Shown: positions 33,335 through 40,142 of the stretch, piece after piece
How positions within the stretch are numbered: position 1 is the stretch's first letter
How the letters are laid out: each line of letters opens with the position of its first letter
Source of the DNA: a virus
Lineage: Duplodnaviria; Caudoviricetes
Strand: one strand, 5' to 3'
IMG/VR virus record: IMGVR_UViG_3300032237_000599
Location: 1 to 40,142 of that record
DNA: 40,142 nt
Notes under the pieces: model-generated
Told to the model about the DNA's origin: nothing
Databases searched by the model: none
The model's input: only the letters and a program-made list of their open reading frames with translations
Program-made: the position numbers and the translations under genes

Positions 33335-35143
33335 ATGGCAAGATTATTCGCAACAAGTTTAGATTTAAACAAAAATGAATTACTTAATGCAAGAATTCAA
33401 AATTTAATCTCAGCACCATCATTCCCAGTAACGGGACAAGTTTACTATAACACAACAAACAATATCCTATATTTCTGGAACAATACAGACTGGATACCAG
33501 CCTCTGGAGACACAGAAACAATTCAAGATGTTGTTGGTAACTACACAGTAGCTGGAACTGGTATAACAAAGACATATAACGATGCAGCAAATACTCTCAC
33601 ATTTGCCATCGATACTTCCGTAGCAGCAGATCTATCAAGCTCACAAACATTAACAAATAAAAAGCTTTCTGATAGCACAACAACAATTGTTGATGTTACA
33701 GATGCAACAAAAACAATTAAGTTTGATGTAGGTGGATCAACAGCAACCACTGGTACAATTGCTACAGCATTTACAACTGCTAGAACACTAACTTTGCCAG
33801 ATGCAACAGATGTATTAGTAGGTCGAGATACTTCAGATGTACTTACTAATAAGACATTAACCTCTCCAACAATTAATACACCAGCATTAACATTATCAAC
33901 TACAACTTCTACTGCAGAAGGAAGAATTGCTTGGGATTCAACAAATGATACTATAAAGGTAGGCACTGGCTCAGCAACCAAAACAATTAGCCCAGATGAT
34001 GTTGCTGCAACTCTTAGTGGTAAATCTATTTCAGGTTCAGATAATACTTTTACAAATATTCCTGCTTCTGCCATTACAAATGGAACAATTTCTGGTATTT
34101 CAATTGGAAGCAATTTAGCAACATTAACAATTGGAACTGGTTTATCTGGAACTTCATATAATGGTTCTACTGCAGTAACAATTGCAATTGATTCAACAGT
34201 TGCTACACTTCTTGGAAGCCAAATTTTACAATCTAAAACATTAGGAACAGGAACAGTATTAGGTGCTAACTTAGCAGCTGGATCATTTAAGATCACAGGT
34301 CTTGCTGATCCAACATCTGCACAAGATGCAGCAACAAAGGCATACGTAGATGCAGCAGTTAGTGGACTTAATGTTCATGATTCTGTTTCAGCAGCAACTA
34401 CAGCAGCACTCGTTGGTACATATGCTGCAGGCTCTGCAGGTGCAGACGGTGGAACTGGTGTAGGTGCAACATTTACAATTACAGCTACAGGCGTTTTCAC
34501 AGTTGATGGATATACACCAATATTAAATGAACGTATTTTAATTAAAGACCAAGCAAATCAAGTACATAACGGTGTTTATATTGTAAGCACAGTTGGTGCA
34601 ACTGGAGTTTCTGCAGTATTTACTCGCTCTTCTTCAGAAGACAACAGTGTTGCTGGAGAAGTTACAGCAGGTGATTTTATATTTGTAGTAAACGGTACAA
34701 CAAATATAAAGAGTGGTTGGGTACAATCAAATCAAGGTACATCTACTTCACCAATTAAGGGAATTAAGATTGGCACAGATAATATTGCTTTTACACAATT
34801 CTCTGGTGCTGGAACATACACTGCAGGTTCTGGTTTAACCATATCAGGAACAACATTTAATGTTGGTGCAGGAACTGGTATTACAGTAAATGCTGACGAT
34901 GTGGCTATTGATACATCAGTAGTTGTTCGTAAATATTCTACTTCAGTAGGAGATGGATCTGCAACATCATATACCGTCACACATAACCTTGGAACAAGAG
35001 ATGTAACTGTTCAAGTTTATGATAATGCATCGCCATATGCACAAGTTGAAACAGATGTTGAGCATGCTACAACATCAACAATTACAATTAAATTTGCATC
35101 TGCTCCAACAAGCAATGCATATAGAGTTGTTGTACACGGTTAA
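33335..35143 (+). CDS. tail fibre-like protein
   Basis: Thr/Gly-rich; ITGLADPTSAQDAATKAYVD, RILIKDQ..NGVY, VTHNLGT. Confidence 0.8.
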   Translation: MARLFATSLDLNKNELLNARIQNLISAPSFPVTGQVYYNTTNNILYFWNNTDWIPASGDTETIQDVVGNYTVAGTGITKTYNDAANTLTFAIDTSVAADLSSSQTLTNKKLSDSTTTIVDVTDATKTIKFDVGGSTATTGTIATAFTTARTLTLPDATDVLVGRDTSDVLTNKTLTSPTINTPALTLSTTTSTAEGRIAWDSTNDTIKVGTGSATKTISPDDVAATLSGKSISGSDNTFTNIPASAITNGTISGISIGSNLATLTIGTGLSGTSYNGSTAVTIAIDSTVATLLGSQILQSKTLGTGTVLGANLAAGSFKITGLADPTSAQDAATKAYVDAAVSGLNVHDSVSAATTAALVGTYAAGSAGADGGTGVGATFTITATGVFTVDGYTPILNERILIKDQANQVHNGVYIVSTVGATGVSAVFTRSSSEDNSVAGEVTAGDFIFVVNGTTNIKSGWVQSNQGTSTSPIKGIKIGTDNIAFTQFSGAGTYTAGSGLTISGTTFNVGAGTGITVNADDVAIDTSVVVRKYSTSVGDGSATSYTVTHNLGTRDVTVQVYDNASPYAQVETDVEHATTSTITIKFASAPTSNAYRVVVHG

Positions 35144-35158
35144 AATAAATAGTATAAT

Positions 35159-35189
35159 AAAGGGGAGGAAGGAAACTCCCTCCCCTTTA
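35159..35189 (+). terminator. hairpin between tail genes
   Basis: AAAGGGGAGG aaggaaactc CCTCCCCTTT. Confidence 0.55.
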
Positions 35190-35204
35190 TAAAATTGGAG
35201 AATA

Positions 35205-36464
35205 ATGACTAGAGAATTTAAGGTACCAGTTCAAGCTCCTTCATATGTTAAAAATGGAGGAACTTCAGCTCAATATTTAATGGCTGACGGGTCAGTTTCT
35301 ACAGATAGTGCATCAACAAATGTTTTATATGTTTCTAAAAATGGAAATGATAGCAATAATGGAAGTTCAATTAATAAATCATTTTTAACTATTAAGGCTG
35401 CTTTAGCAGTAGCAACAGATGGCACCACGGTATTTGTTAAAAGCGGGGACTACACAGAGGCAAATCCAGTTACAATACCAACAGGAGTTTCAGTTGTTGG
35501 AGATAGTTTAAGAGCAGTAACAATTAGACCTTTAACAACAAATGCTCATATTTTTTATGTTAACAATGGAGTCTATATATCAGAAGTTACATTTAAGGGC
35601 CATGTAAATGGAGCTGCTGCAGTAGCATTTAATCCAAATGGATCGGCGGGAACAATTACAAGAAGTCCTTATGTATATAATGCTTCTTCAATTACAACAA
35701 CTGGAAAAGGTATGTATATTGATGGAAGTCTAGTATCTGGAAATAAATCAATGGTTGCTGGTCAGTATACTCAAATTAATTATGGCGGAATTGGAATACA
35801 TATAGTTAATCAAGGATATGCCCAACTTGTCGGCATATATACAATTTTTACAGATGTGGGGGTTCTTTGTGAATCAGGCGGATTTTGTTCTCTTATAGGA
35901 TCAGATACATCTTTTGGAAATTATGGATTAAAGGCGGTAGGAGTAAGTAGTCTATTAAATTCAGGAACCGTTTTTTCTAATAGTTCAATATCTCAAGAAA
36001 TAGTTATAAGTGGTTTAAGCGCAAGACCATATGCAAATAATGTAGTTACATTTGATGACGGAACAACGTGGTATACCTTAAATTCAGTAAGCACTTTAGT
36101 TAGTGGAAAAGTAACAATTACTTTAACTACTAATATTCCAACAAATTTAGTAAATGGCTCTACTTCAGCCAAATTTTATCAAAACAGTAGAATTACTGCT
36201 TCAGGACATACATTTGAATATTGCGGAAGTGGAACAGACCCATCTACTGCTTTGCCTCAATTAGGAGGACAGCCAATTCCAGCAAATGAAATAGTAATGT
36301 CTGGCGGAGGCGCAGTATTCTTTACTAGCACAGATCAAAAAGGAAATTTTAAAATTGGACCAGACTTAACAATTGAGCAATCTTCAGGTACAATTAGTGG
36401 TACAGCTTTCAATAAGAGTTTATTTGCAATAATGACACCATATATGTTAGCGTTGGAGGCATAA
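35205..36464 (+). CDS. tailspike-like protein with pectin-lyase-type beta-helix
   Basis: LYVSKNGNDSNNG..FLTIKAAL..VFVKSGDYTE..VVGDSLR. Confidence 0.8.
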   Translation: MTREFKVPVQAPSYVKNGGTSAQYLMADGSVSTDSASTNVLYVSKNGNDSNNGSSINKSFLTIKAALAVATDGTTVFVKSGDYTEANPVTIPTGVSVVGDSLRAVTIRPLTTNAHIFYVNNGVYISEVTFKGHVNGAAAVAFNPNGSAGTITRSPYVYNASSITTTGKGMYIDGSLVSGNKSMVAGQYTQINYGGIGIHIVNQGYAQLVGIYTIFTDVGVLCESGGFCSLIGSDTSFGNYGLKAVGVSSLLNSGTVFSNSSISQEIVISGLSARPYANNVVTFDDGTTWYTLNSVSTLVSGKVTITLTTNIPTNLVNGSTSAKFYQNSRITASGHTFEYCGSGTDPSTALPQLGGQPIPANEIVMSGGGAVFFTSTDQKGNFKIGPDLTIEQSSGTISGTAFNKSLFAIMTPYMLALEA

Positions 36465-36466
36465 TA

Positions 36467-36730
36467 ATGAAATTTGATCCTTCAACAATGCCAGATACGG
36501 TATCTCCAATTGTAAAAGCACTTCGTACAATGGTAGAAACAACTATTGATGATGAATTAGAAAAAGTGGAAAATCGTGATGGTAAAGATACTGCAAATAT
36601 TGTAGAAAAATCATTACGTGCAGTAACTATGAAAATATTTCATAATAATCCAAACGTTCATTCAGCGGTTGGGGAAAATATAAATGAATTTGATGAGTCT
36701 ATAAAACGTCTTTTCGGAATTGAGGTCTAG
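36467..36730 (+). CDS. protein resembling the glutamyl-tRNA reductase (HemA) dimerisation domain
   Basis: VSPIVKALR..DDELEKV..VEKSLRAVTMKIFH.P.V..SIKRLFG. Confidence 0.55.
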   Translation: MKFDPSTMPDTVSPIVKALRTMVETTIDDELEKVENRDGKDTANIVEKSLRAVTMKIFHNNPNVHSAVGENINEFDESIKRLFGIEV

Positions 36731-36733
36731 GAA

Positions 36734-37066
36734 ATGCCAACAATATTAAATCAATTTAAAACGGTAACAGCAGTTTTAACAACTAGCAATGTAAGTCTAT
36801 ATACTCCACCAACAGGATATACTGGAGTTATTCTTATGGCTCAAATAGCTAATATTACTTCCACCGCCAGTTCTGTTGATATGTCTTTTTATGATGGCAC
36901 ATCTTATACATCTTTACTAAAAGGATATTCAGTACCAGGAAATGATGCAACATCTGCAACAGTTGGAAAGCTTGTAATAGAACAAGGTAAATCACTTTAT
37001 GGACAAGCAGCAGCAAATACAACTTTACATGTCACTCTAAGCATCTTGGAAACCTTTAATGGCTAA
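36734..37066 (+). CDS. virion structural protein
   Basis: LYTPP..ILMAQIANI..GKLVIE..LSILE. Confidence 0.75.
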   Translation: MPTILNQFKTVTAVLTTSNVSLYTPPTGYTGVILMAQIANITSTASSVDMSFYDGTSYTSLLKGYSVPGNDATSATVGKLVIEQGKSLYGQAAANTTLHVTLSILETFNG

Positions 37067-37769
37067 AAATTTATCTGGTAGAGTAAAGAAAACACCTCCT
37101 ACTGGAGTATCTGCAGATAGATATAATTTTATTGGATTATCTGAAACAGAGCCAGATTTAGGTGTCCCGTCAGTTTCAGGTTATGTCTTATCTTCAAATA
37201 CAGCAGGTATACGTTCTTGGATTTCTGCTGGTTCCGCTTCTTTAAGTACTCTTACAATAGGAACAGGATTAAGTGGAACTTCCTATAATGGCTCTTCACC
37301 AGTTACGATTGCGCTTGCATCTGATCCTACAATTTCTGGTAATTTAACTGCCGCTTCATTTATTAAAACAAGTGGAACTTCAAGTCAATATTTAATGGCA
37401 GATGGATCAGTATCTACAGGATATGCATTACCAGAAATTACCCCCCTTGATGATATATCTAATTATTTTGACGGAACTACAAATAGATTTATTCCAAGAT
37501 ATCAAGGTCAACAAATAACAATATCAAATCCTTTTAGGCTTTTATTAAGCATAAATGGTATAATTCAAAGAGTACGTAATGCAGAGTATGTTTGGCAGTC
37601 CATGATTGCTCAAAATGGCGTTAGCGTGGACAATGATGGATATATTGTATTTCCAGAAGCCGTCCCAGCAGGGTCACAATTTGATGCAAGATTAATGGTG
37701 GGGCCAACAACAACTTCAACAACAACAACGTATCCATTTAGAGCAATGGATATAATCCTAGGAGGATAA
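37059..37769 (+). CDS. tail-associated protein
   Basis: Shares modules with the 33335 and 35205 proteins. Confidence 0.75.
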   Translation: MAKNLSGRVKKTPPTGVSADRYNFIGLSETEPDLGVPSVSGYVLSSNTAGIRSWISAGSASLSTLTIGTGLSGTSYNGSSPVTIALASDPTISGNLTAASFIKTSGTSSQYLMADGSVSTGYALPEITPLDDISNYFDGTTNRFIPRYQGQQITISNPFRLLLSINGIIQRVRNAEYVWQSMIAQNGVSVDNDGYIVFPEAVPAGSQFDARLMVGPTTTSTTTTYPFRAMDIILGG

Positions 37770-37773
37770 GAAA

Positions 37774-40142
37774 ATGGCAAGAAAAATTTTATTAGAAACA
37801 GGATATACATTTAATCCAGTAGCATCCGTTGTTTCTTCAACAGGTACAGTAGGGTCCCTTGTTGCTTCAGCAACAAGTCCATGGACAGCAACAATTACAG
37901 GAATGAGCTCAACTGCGGGATTAGCAGTAGGATCATTCTTTACAGCAACAGCAGGAGCGGGTTCTGTTGGATCTGGAGGTACCTACCGTGTTACAGCTAT
38001 TCTTTCCTCTACATCTGTTACATTTTCAGCAATTGGCGGAACTACACCAGTAGTAGGAGCAATTACTAATATTACTACATTAGCAAAACAATTAATTATT
38101 CCAAGATATATCCCAAGAGAGCGTCTTGTATTAATTACTAATGTTACTACAAATCAAGTAGTTTATAATTTCTCAGATCCATCACTTACTGCAACAACAT
38201 ATAATTCAATTATGTATGGTGCAAATGGATATACTTCATTAATTTTGAATTTTAATACAGTAGCAATGACTTCAACAGATAAGCTTCAAATTACTATTGA
38301 TGAATATATTGAAAAATTTGAACCAGGGGAAGCACAATTAGACCCAGTAAATAAATTTAGAACATCTCAACCACAAGCATTAATTGATACCGATTTTGAG
38401 TATGGTATTCAGGGAACAAAATGGGAAACAGCAGTATTAAATAATATGCGCCCATTTGCATATCCTTCAACAGTTCCAGTTCCATCAATTTCAGGTATTG
38501 CTCTTTCTCAAAACGGTAGAGAAGTAACTGTTTCATGTACAAATACAACTGGATTAGCAGTAGGTACACCAATATTTGTTCAAGATACACAATTAGCAAT
38601 TGCTAATGGTAACTTTGTTATTGAAAAATTAACTACAAATACTTCATTTACCTATACAGCAAAAGCTGTAAATCTTACAACAGTTACAGCTATTTATGAT
38701 TCAGGTAAAACAATTATTTATCCAGGAACACTTTATACTGGTGCACAAATTGGTGCAGCACCAACTTCTATAACACCAAGCGGAAATCAGCTTACTGTTG
38801 TTACTACAGTTCCTCACGGATTATCAGTTGGTAATGAAATAGCAGTAACAGGAATAACAGGAACAAATCCTCCAAATGGTAATTACACTGTTGCACAAGT
38901 TTTAACACCAACATCTTTTACTTATTTTGCAAATCCAATTTTAGGTGTTCCTTCAGGACTTACAGTAACATCTGCTGCAGTATATGTTCGCCCACAAGGT
39001 CAAGTAACTCATAGAGCATTTGATGGCGGAGTTCTATTTTCAACAAATTCATCTTCAAATAATAAACAAGCAATACGTCAAACACGACGTTATTTCCGTT
39101 ACCAATCAGGTAAGGGTATACAGATGTCTACAGGAACAATTATGCGTCCATACGCAACAGTTGATTCTTTAACATCTAACTCAACTACAGTAACAGTTCA
39201 AACTCGTGAACAACATAATATTCAACCAGGATCAACAATAACTATTGCAGGTGTAACAAATGATCCTGCGTATAATGGAACATTCACTGTTGCAAACGTA
39301 TTATCATCAACTAAATTTACATATACTGCTCTTTCTGCTCCAACTGCTACAACAGCAGCTGGTCTATTTACCTTAAGTGTTCTTAGTTGGTATGGAGCTG
39401 CAAATAGATTAGGTATTTTTGATATTCAAAATGGTATGTTTTGGGAATTTGACGGACAATCACTGTATACAGTTCGTAGAAACTCTGTATTTCAACTTGG
39501 AGGTAAAATATCTGTAACAAATGGAAGCAATACTGTAACTCAAACAAACGCAGAATTTCCAACAGCATTTTCTAAACAATTAGTTCCAGGAGATTATATT
39601 GTAATTCGTGGTCAATCTTATAAAGTTATGGATATTGCATCAGATACGTCTATGGTAATAAATCCACCTTATCGTGGAACAACATCAACTTTAGTTGTTG
39701 CTTCAAAAACACAAGATATTAAAACGGCACAATCATCATTTAACATTGATAAATTAGATGGAACTGGTCCTTCAGGATATAATATTGATCTATCAAAGAT
39801 GCAAATGTTCTATATTGATTATTCATGGTACGGTGCAGGATTTATTAGATTTGGTGTTCGTGGACCAAATGGAGATGTTATTTATGCACACAAGATTGCT
39901 AATAACAATGTAAATAATGAAGCATATATGCGTTCAGGAAACCTTCCCGCACATTATGAAACAAATTCAGAATCAATTAGAACTCAACTTGCTGCTTCAG
40001 TAGGTGCTTCTGATACATCCTTAACAGTTTCAGACACATCATCATTTCCTTCATCTGGAACACTTATAGTTAGACCAGGAAGTACAGCAAATCAAGCTTC
40101 ACAAAATATTGAATTTGTAAACTATACTGGAAAAACTACAAC
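37774..40142 (+). CDS. 3'-partial large virion structural protein
   Basis: GGAGG RBS, MARKILLETGYTFNP; open to window end; LIDTDFEYG, RQTRRYFRYQSGKG, DYSWYGAG. Confidence 0.85.
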   Translation, partial: MARKILLETGYTFNPVASVVSSTGTVGSLVASATSPWTATITGMSSTAGLAVGSFFTATAGAGSVGSGGTYRVTAILSSTSVTFSAIGGTTPVVGAITNITTLAKQLIIPRYIPRERLVLITNVTTNQVVYNFSDPSLTATTYNSIMYGANGYTSLILNFNTVAMTSTDKLQITIDEYIEKFEPGEAQLDPVNKFRTSQPQALIDTDFEYGIQGTKWETAVLNNMRPFAYPSTVPVPSISGIALSQNGREVTVSCTNTTGLAVGTPIFVQDTQLAIANGNFVIEKLTTNTSFTYTAKAVNLTTVTAIYDSGKTIIYPGTLYTGAQIGAAPTSITPSGNQLTVVTTVPHGLSVGNEIAVTGITGTNPPNGNYTVAQVLTPTSFTYFANPILGVPSGLTVTSAAVYVRPQGQVTHRAFDGGVLFSTNSSSNNKQAIRQTRRYFRYQSGKGIQMSTGTIMRPYATVDSLTSNSTTVTVQTREQHNIQPGSTITIAGVTNDPAYNGTFTVANVLSSTKFTYTALSAPTATTAAGLFTLSVLSWYGAANRLGIFDIQNGMFWEFDGQSLYTVRRNSVFQLGGKISVTNGSNTVTQTNAEFPTAFSKQLVPGDYIVIRGQSYKVMDIASDTSMVINPPYRGTTSTLVVASKTQDIKTAQSSFNIDKLDGTGPSGYNIDLSKMQMFYIDYSWYGAGFIRFGVRGPNGDVIYAHKIANNNVNNEAYMRSGNLPAHYETNSESIRTQLAASVGASDTSLTVSDTSSFPSSGTLIVRPGSTANQASQNIEFVNYTGKTT

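Noticed and set aside
1-40142. Alternative genetic code or stop recoding
   Set aside because: Long genes are intact in code 11 and use TAA, TAG and TGA as stops; no suppressor tRNA seen

Overview
This window is part of a large, AT-rich tailed dsDNA phage genome. An actinobacterial host is inferred from WhiB, an Lsr2-like protein, an MSMEG_6728-type glycosylase and PafBC-type promoters; a low-GC freshwater acI-type host is only a guess. Layout: (1) 1-11.8 kb, + strand: lectin/FN3 surface protein, membrane proteins, WhiB, HslV-like peptidase, glycosylase, thioredoxin, small peptides, GroES, GT2, HNH. (2) 11.8-12.2 kb: AT-rich non-coding junction with DnaA boxes. (3) 12.2-25.6 kb: a - strand island of short ORFs (Lsr2-like, DUF1281/YubB-like, DUF932, Gp88-like) plus tRNA-Asp, resembling an early/host-takeover region. 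(4) 25.7-29.1 kb: HNH, tRNA-Asn, collagen-like protein, transglycosylase. (5) 29.1-40.1 kb, + strand: GT4, class II RNR, holin-like and tail proteins. The main result is the regulatory layout of the island. It has 16 co-oriented TGTCRG-N10-TANNNT promoters matching the mycobacterial PafBC/RecA-NDp DNA-damage promoter, and dense CRP, DnaA and GACAC (WhiA-type) boxes. Many of the CRP and DnaA boxes sit inside a ~60-bp fixed-spacing scaffold repeated about 10 times. It also holds a separately transcribed sRNA complementary to the AACGAAAGG ribosome-binding leader shared by at least 10 island genes. A second sRNA is complementary to the whiB-operon leader. All motifs were found and counted by eye, and the functions are inferences.
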